In this document: positions 9,203-17,887 of the stretch, piece by piece
Layout: the number at the start of each line of letters is the position of its first letter
Position numbering within the stretch: the first letter of the stretch is position 1
Source: Bacteroidota bacterium
GTDB lineage: Bacteria; Bacteroidota; Bacteroidia; NS11-12g; UBA955
Length of the DNA: 64,000 nt
Reading direction: 5' to 3'
Assembly (NCBI GenBank): GCA_016868785.1
Contig: VGFS01000007.1
Coordinates: 4,967 to 68,966 of the forward strand
Position numbers and translations under genes: made by a program
The notes under the pieces: generated by a model
Seen by the model: the letters and a program-made list of their open reading frames with translations, nothing else
Told to the model about the DNA's origin: nothing
The model's database searches: none

Positions 9203-9862
9203 ATGGGATTTACGGAGGCGTATTATGAGTTCTTTATTGGCTTAACCACCAACAACAACAAAACATGGTTTGATGCGCATCGCGGCGACTACGAACGGGA
9301 TGTGAAGGCGTTGTTTCAGGAATTTGTTGGGTCTGTATTGCAAAAAGTGACGGCGATGGATTCGCGATTTGGGGGTTTGCAGCCCAAGGATTGTATTTTT
9401 CGCATCAACAAGGATATTCGATTTTCCAAAGACAAAGCACCGTATAAATTGCATTGTTCTGCAGCCGTTCAGTTGGGCGGACGTAAGCAGATGTCGGCCG
9501 GAGGCATGTACATCGAATTCGGTCCTGAATTGTGTGCGATTTATTCGGGGGTGTATTTACCGGAGAAGGAGGAGTTGCGTCGGATTCGGGAGCGCATTGC
9601 GGCTGATCCTGAGCGGTTTGAGCGGGTGATCGGGGCAGCTGATTTTGTTGGGGTTTTTGGTGAGGTTTTGGGAGAAAAAAACAAGCGCATTGACGCAGAT
9701 TTGATGGCGGCCGCGCAGCGGCAGCCGTTGATTTTAAATAAGCAGTTTTATGTGCGTCATTTGATAGAGCCGGAGGATACGATGCGTGCAGATTTCGATG
9801 AGTATGTCTTGGGCATTTGGGAGGCGAGTCGGGACTACAATGCCTTCATCGGTGGATTTTGA
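9203..9862 (+). CDS. DUF2461 (TIGR02453) family protein
   Basis: 219 aa with an ATG start. Shows NNNKTWFDAHRGDYE and IFRINKDIRFSKDKAPYK, the hallmark motifs of this family. Confidence 0.75.
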   Translation: MGFTEAYYEFFIGLTTNNNKTWFDAHRGDYERDVKALFQEFVGSVLQKVTAMDSRFGGLQPKDCIFRINKDIRFSKDKAPYKLHCSAAVQLGGRKQMSAGGMYIEFGPELCAIYSGVYLPEKEELRRIRERIAADPERFERVIGAADFVGVFGEVLGEKNKRIDADLMAAAQRQPLILNKQFYVRHLIEPEDTMRADFDEYVLGIWEASRDYNAFIGGF

Positions 9863-9881
9863 CGTGTATTATCGTCTTGCA

Positions 9882-9912
9882 TTGAAATCAATCAGATAAA
9901 CCCCTAACTTTG
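9882..9912 (+). promoter_or_regulatory. Candidate promoter for sucB: TTG (9882-9884)-N20-TAACTTTG (9905-9912)
   Basis: Exact TAnnTTTG -7 box 22 nt upstream of the ATG at 9935, with a TTG at the -33 spacing. Confidence 0.45.
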
Positions 9913-9934
9913 TTGGGCAAAACGCAGATTACGG

Positions 9935-11197
9935 ATGGCAATTGAAATCAAAGTGCCCGCACCGGGGGAATCGGTGAGTGAAGTAACTATCGCCAATTGG
10001 TTGGTAAAAGAGGGTGATTGGGTAGAAATGGATGCCCCCTTGGCTGAATTCGAGAGCGATAAAGCCACCTTTGAGGTAAACGCTGAAAAAGCGGGTGTGG
10101 TAGAGAAGCTCATCGGAAACATTGGAGATACCATCGCCATCAATACCGTCATTGCAGTGATTAATACGGATGCTGAGCGTTCTGCCGCGGCTGCGCCGGC
10201 GGCAGAACCCGTGAAAGCAGCTGAAGCTGCCCCCGTAGTGGCAAAAACAGAGGCACCCAAAGAAACGGCTGCCAAGCCCGAATCGGCCTCTGTGGCTCAA
10301 GACAGTGATTGGTCGCTGGTTTCTCCAGTAGCTGCTCAACTCTTGCAACAATATAACATTTCCCCCAGCCAAGTTAAAGGTACCGGTGCGGGCGGACGTG
10401 TAACCAAAGTAGATGCCCTTGAAGCCATTGTTGCTTTGGGTGGTGTTGCGGTTCAATCTGCCGGTGGATCTCGCGCAGAACGCCGCGAAAAAATGTCAAA
10501 TTTGCGCAAAACCGTGAGCCGTAGATTGGTGGCGGTGAAAAATGAAACGGCCATGTTGACCACCTTCAATGAGGTGAACATGAAGTCCATCATGGATTTG
10601 CGTGCCCAGTATAAAAAGAAATTCGAGGAAACTCACGGCGTGGGTCTTGGATTCATGAGCTTCTTTACCCGCGCTTGCTGCATCGCCCTTGGCGAATGGA
10701 AAGCAGTCAACGCTAGCATCGAAGGGGATGAAATCGTTTACCACGACTACTGCGATATTTCTATCGCTGTGAGTGCACCCAAAGGTTTGGTGGTTCCCGT
10801 GATTCGTAGCGCCGAGAAACTATCACTCGACGAAATCGAAAAAGAAGTTAAGCGATTGGCAACCCGTGCCCGCGACAACAAATTGGGATTGGATGAAATG
10901 ACTGGTGGTACATTCACCATCACAAACGGCGGTGTTTTCGGATCTATGATGAGTACGCCCATCATCAATGCACCCCAGAGCGGTATCCTTGGGATGCACA
11001 ACATCGTTGAACGCCCCGTGGTTGAAAACGGTCAGATCGTAATTCGCCCCATGATGTACTTGGCGTTGAGCTATGATCACCGCATCATCGACGGTCGCGA
11101 AAGCGTGAGTTTCTTGGTTCGCGTGAAGCAGTTGTTGGAGAATCCAGAGATGATGTTCGACGGTAAAAAGCCCGAAGAACGCGTTTTGGGATTGTAA
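9935..11197 (+). CDS. sucB: Dihydrolipoyllysine-residue succinyltransferase, E2 of 2-oxoglutarate dehydrogenase
   Basis: 420 aa. Lipoyl domain with ESDKATFEV, an Ala/Pro linker, a peripheral subunit-binding domain ([29 protein letters not shown]), and a catalytic domain with [13 protein letters not shown]. Confidence 0.9.
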   Translation: MAIEIKVPAPGESVSEVTIANWLVKEGDWVEMDAPLAEFESDKATFEVNAEKAGVVEKLIGNIGDTIAINTVIAVINTDAERSAAAAPAAEPVKAAEAAPVVAKTEAPKETAAKPESASVAQDSDWSLVSPVAAQLLQQYNISPSQVKGTGAGGRVTKVDALEAIVALGGVAVQSAGGSRAERREKMSNLRKTVSRRLVAVKNETAMLTTFNEVNMKSIMDLRAQYKKKFEETHGVGLGFMSFFTRACCIALGEWKAVNASIEGDEIVYHDYCDISIAVSAPKGLVVPVIRSAEKLSLDEIEKEVKRLATRARDNKLGLDEMTGGTFTITNGGVFGSMMSTPIINAPQSGILGMHNIVERPVVENGQIVIRPMMYLALSYDHRIIDGRESVSFLVRVKQLLENPEMMFDGKKPEERVLGL

Positions 11198-11261
11198 CCC
11201 ATTCTCGGGCGAGTAGGTCGCCTGAAATTTTCTCGACAGAAATTCTTTGTACTCGGTGCGA

Positions 11262-12125
11262 TTACACCAAACTTGTTTCTAGGATGCAATGATGCACTTG
11301 CTCGTGCTCGATTTCATGTCGCACCCGCTCTTTGATGGCTTCTTGGTCGCTAGGGTTGAGTGTTCGATCCAACATCAGGTGTGCAGTCATGGCATTCCGG
11401 GTCGTACTCAAAGCCCAAATGTGAAGGTGGTCGATGCTTTTTACCCCCGGTATACTTAAAATCCTCGCCTCAACCAGAGAAATGTCGATGCCCGCTGGCA
11501 CGCCATCCAGACTCAATCTCAAACTTTGCTTGAACAGGTTCAATGTGCCGAACAAAATCACCATACAAACCAGTATGCCTAGTATGGGGTCGACCATCGA
11601 AATCCCAGTAAAACTAATGAGTAAGCCACCAATCAGCACCGCCAAACTCACGCCCGCATCGGCTGCCATGTGAAGGTAAGCGGCCCGAGAGTTGAGCTCG
11701 TTATTTTTCATGAAGAGCAAGGCCGTTGCCGTGTTGATGATAATACCAATGCCCGCCACCCAGCTCACGGTGCTGCCCGAAGTGGGTTGGGGATCTATGA
11801 AACGCGTATAAGCCTCATGGCCCATGGAACTTATCGCAATGAAGAGTAAAATGCAGTTGGCCAACGACGCCAAGATGGTGGCCTTGGAAAATCCATAGGT
11901 ATACACTTTGGTGGGTTGCTTGGCCGCCATTTTGAAAGCGAACAAACTGATGATCAATCCCGCCACATCGCCCAGATTGTGCCAAGCATCGGCAAGTAGA
12001 CTTAAGCTGTTGATTTTAAAGCCATAGCCGAATTCGACGAATACAAACACCAGATTGAGCAGGATGCCAGCGACAAAGCGTGGGCCCATGTTGTCTTGGG
12101 GGGCACTGTGACTGTGGTTATGCAT
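11262..12125 (-). CDS. Cation diffusion facilitator (CzcD-like) metal efflux transporter
   Basis: 287 aa. His-rich N-terminus, six predicted TM segments, LLADAWHNLGDV and HMAADAGVS metal-site motifs, and a cytoplasmic C-terminal domain (HHLHIWALS). Confidence 0.85.
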   Translation of the reverse strand: MHNHSHSAPQDNMGPRFVAGILLNLVFVFVEFGYGFKINSLSLLADAWHNLGDVAGLIISLFAFKMAAKQPTKVYTYGFSKATILASLANCILLFIAISSMGHEAYTRFIDPQPTSGSTVSWVAGIGIIINTATALLFMKNNELNSRAAYLHMAADAGVSLAVLIGGLLISFTGISMVDPILGILVCMVILFGTLNLFKQSLRLSLDGVPAGIDISLVEARILSIPGVKSIDHLHIWALSTTRNAMTAHLMLDRTLNPSDQEAIKERVRHEIEHEQVHHCILETSLV

Positions 12126-12137
12126 AAAAAGTGCAAA

Positions 12138-12758
12138 TTACTGAATTAGTACCGGTTTGCATTGCATCAAGCCGGGCACCATATAGATTTTTCCTGATTG
12201 TAACTCAGTGCAGCGAAAACGCGTGCGCATTTTTTCTAGTTTCTTGAATTTGCGACCGTCTTGTGTTTCAAAAGCCAAGCCCAGAGGAATTTCCTCTACC
12301 AAAACCCATTCCGAGTTGAGGTCGTATTTGCGGAGCGTTCTCACCAATTGTGCGTCTGTGCAACTGCTGGCTTTGGGGTTTTTGAGGTATTTGTTTAAGG
12401 CCATGTGTACATCTTGGGGCAACAGGTTTTGCGTTACGATGGGTGAACTGACCAGTTGGAATTCTCTTTTCCATTCGATGCCATGCGGCGGTACGCGCGG
12501 ACCTGATTTTTCAAAGTTAAGCAGGTGGGCCACCTCGTGCATGAAGGTGATGAGAAAGGCGAAGGGGTTTAAGTCGCGGTTGATCGAAATGCGGTGGCTG
12601 TCTTCGGTGGTGGGTGGACGATAATCGCCCAGTTTGGTTAGGCGGGGATTTTTGATTCTTAGCTGGATTTTGTGTTTCTCCATCAAATCCGCGGCATACA
12701 ACTCACTGCCCTCGGGTAGGTATTTTCGAAGGATGGGTATGAGTTGTTCTTTTTTCAC
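12138..12758 (-). CDS. SprT-like zinc metalloprotease-domain protein
   Basis: 206 aa with a GTG start. HEVAHL zinc motif followed by PPHGIEWKREF, typical of the SprT family. Confidence 0.7.
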   Translation of the reverse strand: MKKEQLIPILRKYLPEGSELYAADLMEKHKIQLRIKNPRLTKLGDYRPPTTEDSHRISINRDLNPFAFLITFMHEVAHLLNFEKSGPRVPPHGIEWKREFQLVSSPIVTQNLLPQDVHMALNKYLKNPKASSCTDAQLVRTLRKYDLNSEWVLVEEIPLGLAFETQDGRKFKKLEKMRTRFRCTELQSGKIYMVPGLMQCKPVLIQ

Positions 12759-12767
12759 GACAACCGA

Positions 12768-13970
12768 TTACGACAGTTTTTTCAAGGCGCGTTCAGCCAC
12801 TTCCAATCCAATAGATAAAGAACTGGTGGCCGCGGGCGATGGCGCATTTAACACGTGAATGAACGAAGGTGATTCTTGGATGTAGAAGTCGTCGATAAGT
12901 CCGCCATCTTTGTCGCAAGCCTGAGCTCGAACGCCTGCACCAGCCGGTTCTAGATCGTCTTCGGTGATGCTGGGCACCAGCTGTTGTAGTGCTTTAACGA
13001 AAGCCGGTTTAAAAAATGAGCGGTGGTATTCTCCCAATCCCGTTTTCCAGTATTTGCCCGCAACTTTTCGGAATCCGCCAAATGAAATGCTCTCCCAAAA
13101 CTCATTCCATTTGAAGTCGGTCTTTTTGTATCCCTCCCGCTGAAAGGCGAAAACGGCGTTTGGACCTGCCTCGATTTCTCCGCTGATTCTGCGGGTAAAG
13201 TGCACACCCAAAAATGGGAAGTTGGGATCGGGCACAGGATAGATTAAGTTCTTAACCAGGTGGGCTTTTTCGGGTTTGATGCTGTAATACTCTCCGCGAA
13301 ATGGAATGATTTTCATGTTGAGTTTTTCCCCAGCCATGGCAGCCACTTTGTCGCAGTATAGCCCTGCACAATTGATCACCATGTTGGCTTCGAATCGCTC
13401 GGTGGCGGTATGGACAATTGCGCCATGATTACCCGGAACGATTGCTTCAATCTTTACAGAGGTTTGGATGCTTCCGTTGGGATGGTTTTGGATTTTTTCG
13501 GCGAGTTTGGTAGCAACGGCTTTGTAGTCTACGATGCCTGTTTGGGGGACGAAAACGCCTTTGATGCCGCTGCAATGGGGTTCGTATTGCTTGATTTCTT
13601 CCTGGTTCAGGAATCGCAATCCCGAGAGTCCATTTTGTATGCCCCGCTGATAAAGGGCTTCTAGACCAGCGATTTCTTCGGGCTTGATGGCTACAATGAT
13701 TTTACCGCAGAGGTCGTAATCGATGTTTTCGGCCTTACAAAAATCCAACAGCATGTCGTATCCGCGAAGACAGTTTTGCGCTTTTAAACTGCCGGGTTTG
13801 TAATAGATGCCTGAGTGAATGACACCGCTGTTGTTGCCTGTTTGGTGTTTGGCCACGCGATCTTCTTTTTCGAGGATGGTTACAGTGAGTTGCTCATTTA
13901 GCTTGAGCAATTGATAAGCCGTTGACAAACCAACGATGCCGCCTCCGATAATCAGTACATCTATTTTCAT
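12768..13970 (-). CDS. lhgO: L-2-hydroxyglutarate oxidase (FAD-dependent)
   Basis: 400 aa. GGGIVGLSTAY dinucleotide fold and HQTGNNSGVIHSGIYYKPGSLKAQNC, closely resembling E. coli LhgO/YgaF. Confidence 0.8.
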   Translation of the reverse strand: MKIDVLIIGGGIVGLSTAYQLLKLNEQLTVTILEKEDRVAKHQTGNNSGVIHSGIYYKPGSLKAQNCLRGYDMLLDFCKAENIDYDLCGKIIVAIKPEEIAGLEALYQRGIQNGLSGLRFLNQEEIKQYEPHCSGIKGVFVPQTGIVDYKAVATKLAEKIQNHPNGSIQTSVKIEAIVPGNHGAIVHTATERFEANMVINCAGLYCDKVAAMAGEKLNMKIIPFRGEYYSIKPEKAHLVKNLIYPVPDPNFPFLGVHFTRRISGEIEAGPNAVFAFQREGYKKTDFKWNEFWESISFGGFRKVAGKYWKTGLGEYHRSFFKPAFVKALQQLVPSITEDDLEPAGAGVRAQACDKDGGLIDDFYIQESPSFIHVLNAPSPAATSSLSIGLEVAERALKKLS

Positions 13971-13982
13971 GAATCCGTTTTA

Positions 13983-14014
13983 CAAAGTTAAGCACTGCCA
14001 CCCATCAATGGCAA
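13983..14014 (-). promoter_or_regulatory. Candidate promoter for lhgO: TTG-N21-TAACTTTG on the minus strand
   Basis: Plus-strand caaagtta at 13983-13990 is TAACTTTG on the minus strand, 12 nt upstream of the ATG at 13970. caa at 14012-14014 gives the -33 TTG. Overlaps the stop codon of the DUF2851 gene. Confidence 0.4.
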
Positions 14015-15277
14015 GTTTAATAACTGTTGACCTATTCCACAGTGGAGGCAATTTTTCACCGAGCAGTAATTGTGATGTTGGCCCAATATGGCTTGACTTC
14101 GTTGGGCGTTGTAGTTGGAAAATTCCAAGGGTGAGAGCTGTTTGATGACGTGATTGTTTTCGGCTGGGAGTTGCGAAAGTAAATTCATGGCCAGATCGCA
14201 AAGCTGTGGTTTGTGGGTTTCAAGTCCGAAAGCGAAAAGAAAGGGTACTACGGCATTGATTATTACCTGTTGGGCGTGGACTTTTCCGTTGGCGCTGTTG
14301 TGGTGGGCAGCGGGTTGACCCAAGAAGAAGTGGGTTTGCCAATAGGGGTCGGGCACTACGGTGAAATGGTCTATCCATGCTTGGATGGGCCATTGCGTAG
14401 TCGAGAAAAATGGCAGCAGTTCAGCATCGCATCGAAATAAAAATTCACTGAGTTGTGCCATGCGAATTTGTGGGAGTGCATTGGGTCTAATTTGTCGCGT
14501 ATTCCAGGGAAGATGGCAGGGCTCAAACCCGTGTTTGGTCTGCAAAAATTGGTATCGCTGCATGAGGTCTTGGGTGAAGTCATCCGGTGCGACATTGATT
14601 TCATCTTGCAACCAATTCGATTGTCCAAACAGATAAGCCAGCAGGGTTTTCGGGTTGCGATTGCGCAGGATGAACGACTTGTGCAGGTGCTGTGATAGTT
14701 GTTGGCTTGCTGCTGCGTTTCCTTTACCCATCCAGGCGGTGAGCAGCAGTTCTAATGCAGTATACCACCAGTCGCCGTGGTGTTGTTGGTGTATGGTTAG
14801 TATGCGGGATGTTTTTTCATGAATGCGTTTGGTGAGGGCTCGTTGCAGCTGGTCTTCCCGGGCCGATTCGTTGCACAGCGATATGAGGGGTGCACACGGA
14901 AGGCTGTGAGTTTGCTCCCAATCTGGGATTTCGTGTTTGTTGATGCGATGTTTGATGGATAGGCACTCTAGGGGTTGTCCATTTTCAAGGCAGCAGGGTT
15001 TATTGTTGTCGAAGACCACATGCAAAACGGTTTGGTTGTAGCGGGGGTCTTTGTGGTGTTTGTGGGCATACCAATCGGAGGCTTTGCTGTGAATTTCGAT
15101 GGCGCCATGCAGCATAACTCCATCGATGGCGATTTGTGCATGCAGGAAATCCGGTCCGTTTTGATTGTTCCAATCGCCGCGATGCAGAATCTGCAGGTTT
15201 TTGCCCGAATCCGTTTTCAGGTGAAGGGGGTAAAATGCCTGGTGGGCCCAAATCTTTTGCAGTCCGATCTCTTTCAC
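13988..15277 (-). CDS. DUF2851 family protein (function unknown)
   Basis: 429 aa with a GTG start. N-terminal GDWNNQNGPDFLHAQIAIDG...GAIEIHSKASDWYAHKHHKDPRYNQTVLHVVFD matches my recollection of the Bacteroidota DUF2851 signature. C-terminal Cys cluster CSVKNCLHC. Confidence 0.6.
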   Translation of the reverse strand: MKEIGLQKIWAHQAFYPLHLKTDSGKNLQILHRGDWNNQNGPDFLHAQIAIDGVMLHGAIEIHSKASDWYAHKHHKDPRYNQTVLHVVFDNNKPCCLENGQPLECLSIKHRINKHEIPDWEQTHSLPCAPLISLCNESAREDQLQRALTKRIHEKTSRILTIHQQHHGDWWYTALELLLTAWMGKGNAAASQQLSQHLHKSFILRNRNPKTLLAYLFGQSNWLQDEINVAPDDFTQDLMQRYQFLQTKHGFEPCHLPWNTRQIRPNALPQIRMAQLSEFLFRCDAELLPFFSTTQWPIQAWIDHFTVVPDPYWQTHFFLGQPAAHHNSANGKVHAQQVIINAVVPFLFAFGLETHKPQLCDLAMNLLSQLPAENNHVIKQLSPLEFSNYNAQRSQAILGQHHNYCSVKNCLHCGIGQQLLNLPLMGGSA

Positions 15278-15402
15278 GGTGCAAAGATGTGTCAGTTCTT
15301 AGAGGCAATCAAACCGGGGGCAGCCAATTGGCGAAATTTGCAAATCCTTCTTCTGCATTGGTAAAAATTGCAACGGGAATCCCAAATTCATGGCGGATGC
15401 GT

Positions 15403-15410
15403 TAATTTTG
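15403..15410 (+). promoter_or_regulatory. -7 promoter box TAATTTTG upstream of the GT2 gene
   Basis: Exact TAnnTTTG match 11 nt upstream of the ATG at 15422. Confidence 0.4.
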
Positions 15411-15421
15411 TCCATTCAGTC

Positions 15422-16225
15422 ATGAGTATCAACAAACTATCCATCGTGATTCCTGCCTACAACGAGGCCAAGACCATTCACCATATTTTGAATAAGGTAG
15501 CTGAGGTTCAATTGATCCATGGGATCCAGAAGGAAGTGATCGTTGTGAATGATTGCAGCAGCGATGATACAGCTTCGGCATTGCGCGCGTATGCACAGGC
15601 ACACCCCGACATGGGTTTGCAATTGTTTGATCACCCGGTAAATAAGGGTAAGGGGGCGGCGTTGCATACGGGCATTGCCCAGGCAACAGGTGATGTGTTG
15701 GTCATTCAAGACGCTGATTTGGAGTATGACCCCAACGAGTTCAATATTTTGTTGAAGCCCATCACCGATGGCTTTGCGGATGTTGTATTCGGGAGTCGAT
15801 TTATGGGCGGAAAACCCCACCGGATTTTGTTTTTCTGGCACAGTATCGGCAACAAGTTTTTGACTTTTTTGAGTAATATGCTGACGAATTTGAATCTGAC
15901 CGACATGGAAACTTGCTACAAAATGTTCCGCACGGAGATGGTTCAGTCGTTGAAGTTGCAGGAGAAGCGCTTTGGCTTTGAGCCCGAGGTTACCGCCAAG
16001 ATTGCCAAGGTGCCGGGGGTGAGAATTTATGAGGTGGGTATCAGTTATTACGGTAGAACCTTTGAGGAGGGAAAGAAAATTGGCTGGAAAGATGGTTTTA
16101 GGGCCATTTATTGCATTTTGAAATACAATTACAAGAAAGCGATCAAATATCTGCTGATGTTGATATTGTCAGGTGTCATCGCACTTGGGGCTTACGTGGG
16201 TTTGATGGCTTGGGCCATGGTTTGA
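15422..16225 (+). CDS. GT2 family polyprenyl-phosphate glycosyltransferase (DPM1/ArnC-like) with C-terminal TM anchor
   Basis: The track ORF starts at 15368. It was trimmed to the ATG at 15422 ([19 protein letters not shown]), the typical GT2 N-terminus. Shows a DAD motif ([11 protein letters not shown]) and a C-terminal hydrophobic helix. Confidence 0.85.
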   Translation: MSINKLSIVIPAYNEAKTIHHILNKVAEVQLIHGIQKEVIVVNDCSSDDTASALRAYAQAHPDMGLQLFDHPVNKGKGAALHTGIAQATGDVLVIQDADLEYDPNEFNILLKPITDGFADVVFGSRFMGGKPHRILFFWHSIGNKFLTFLSNMLTNLNLTDMETCYKMFRTEMVQSLKLQEKRFGFEPEVTAKIAKVPGVRIYEVGISYYGRTFEEGKKIGWKDGFRAIYCILKYNYKKAIKYLLMLILSGVIALGAYVGLMAWAMV

Positions 16226-16251
16226 TTTTGTAACGTTTGATGAATTAAACG

Positions 16252-17847
16252 ATGATCCAACAACTCCGAAAATATCAGTGGGTTATCGTGCTGTTGGTTG
16301 CCGCAGTGGGTGGGGGTTTGTGCATGGATGTGGGTCACGAATGGGGCGATGATTTTGCGATGTATTTGAATCAAGCCCAATGTTGGATCCGAGGAGGCAT
16401 GGATGCGTTGTACGCCACGAATAAGGGCTGCATGGATGCTTCGGATGGTTTGTTGGGGCCGTATCTGTATCCCCAAGGGTTTCCGCTGTTCTTGAGTTTT
16501 TTTATGCGGTTGTTTGGCTTAATGGGGATTCAAGGGCTGCCGCTTTTGTATTGTTTGAAATGGGCAAATTATGGCGTTTTCTTGTTGGTTTTGTTGGCCT
16601 ATTTGCGTTTGTTGAATGGGGTATTCGAAGGGCATTGGGGCAAAATTTTCTTGGGGTTTGTGTTGATAGCATGGCACCCAAAAATTTGGGAGGCCGCAGA
16701 TCGATTGAATTCAGACTTGTGGTTTACTGGGCTGGTGATCTTGTTTTTCTACACGTTGGTAACGCCCTTCAAAGGATGGTTGTCTAAAGCACTTACGTTA
16801 TCGTTGTTCGTGTTTGTGGCCTCGGCATCGCGGAGCAATGGTGTTTTTTTGATTGCCGCTTGGTTTGTTTGGGAGTGGGTGGATTTTAGGAAAACTGGAA
16901 AGACGGAAAACCGGGTGGTGTCTTTGATGATGGGCACGATGGCGGGTTTGTTTGCATTGTATGCCGATGCTGGTAATGGGTCGAACCATTGGCAACTGTT
17001 GAAGGAAATCAAAGCAGAGACCATCCTAAAGAACCTTGGTGTGTATTTGGAGATGGCGGGCAGTTATCCTTTTTGGCATGTTGCTACGTTGATGAAGATG
17101 TTTGTGCAACCATTGCTTTGGTTGTGTCTATTGATATTTTGGCTTTTGGTGGTTGTGGGCTTCAAGCGTTTGAGTCCGGTTAAATGGGCCATGGGTGTGT
17201 TTGTGTTGTTGAATTTTGGATTGTACGTTGTTTGGCCTTCGGTACAAGGAATGCGGTTTCTGTTTCCGCTGTTGCCGTTGTTGATGGTCTTTTTGATTGC
17301 CGGTTTAACGGAAGCGTGGAACCTGTATTTGTCAACGATTTTACACCGATGGGATTGGTTGCCACGGACATTGAAATTTTCTCGAACTTGGGTGATGTTG
17401 TTGGCTGGATTTGTGCTGATTCAAGGGATAATGACCTCCATTTTTTACTCGAAACTGGATACAAACCAAGCTTTTTCAAATGAAATGCAAGGGGTGTATG
17501 ATTTTGTAGCGCATAAAGTGTCGTTGGGTGAGAAGGTGTCTTTTCACAAACCGAGACTTTTGCGCTTGGTTACGGGCGTTGAAACGTATAGAATTGCCAC
17601 GGACTATGGTAAAGAAACCATGGGGAAAGACGAGATGAATGGGGGAGATACGAATGGGGGAGATACGAATGGCGGGATGAGTGATGCGCGTGTTTCGGGA
17701 TATGCAACGGCCTTGTCGAAGTTAAAGGGTAGCAAGATCGATTATTGGGTGTTGTCCAAGGAGCAATTAGCGCGCAAGCAAAAACCGGCGTTGCCCATTG
17801 CTTACGAAAACAAAAAATTTGTGATTTATCGGGTTGAGGGGGACTAG
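16252..17847 (+). CDS. Polytopic membrane protein, probable GT-C fold (ArnT/PMT-like) glycosyltransferase
   Basis: 531 aa with more than 10 predicted TM helices. An acidic motif in the first extracytoplasmic loop (HEWGDDFAMYL) resembles the GT-C DxD/ExD site. A soluble C-terminal domain of about 120 aa. 26 nt downstream of the GT2 gene. Confidence 0.55.
   Translation: MIQQLRKYQWVIVLLVAAVGGGLCMDVGHEWGDDFAMYLNQAQCWIRGGMDALYATNKGCMDASDGLLGPYLYPQGFPLFLSFFMRLFGLMGIQGLPLLYCLKWANYGVFLLVLLAYLRLLNGVFEGHWGKIFLGFVLIAWHPKIWEAADRLNSDLWFTGLVILFFYTLVTPFKGWLSKALTLSLFVFVASASRSNGVFLIAAWFVWEWVDFRKTGKTENRVVSLMMGTMAGLFALYADAGNGSNHWQLLKEIKAETILKNLGVYLEMAGSYPFWHVATLMKMFVQPLLWLCLLIFWLLVVVGFKRLSPVKWAMGVFVLLNFGLYVVWPSVQGMRFLFPLLPLLMVFLIAGLTEAWNLYLSTILHRWDWLPRTLKFSRTWVMLLAGFVLIQGIMTSIFYSKLDTNQAFSNEMQGVYDFVAHKVSLGEKVSFHKPRLLRLVTGVETYRIATDYGKETMGKDEMNGGDTNGGDTNGGMSDARVSGYATALSKLKGSKIDYWVLSKEQLARKQKPALPIAYENKKFVIYRVEGD
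17638..17676 (+). repeat. 15-bp in-frame tandem repeat (aatgggggagatacg x2 plus a partial copy) encoding NGGDT-NGGDT-NGG
   Basis: Read directly: 17638-17652 and 17653-17667 are identical, and 17668-17676 is a partial third copy. Lies inside the GT-C gene's C-terminal domain. Confidence 0.85.
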
Positions 17848-17887
17848 GGTTTGTCCGAAAATTCAGGTTCGGCCAAGGCGTAATGGC

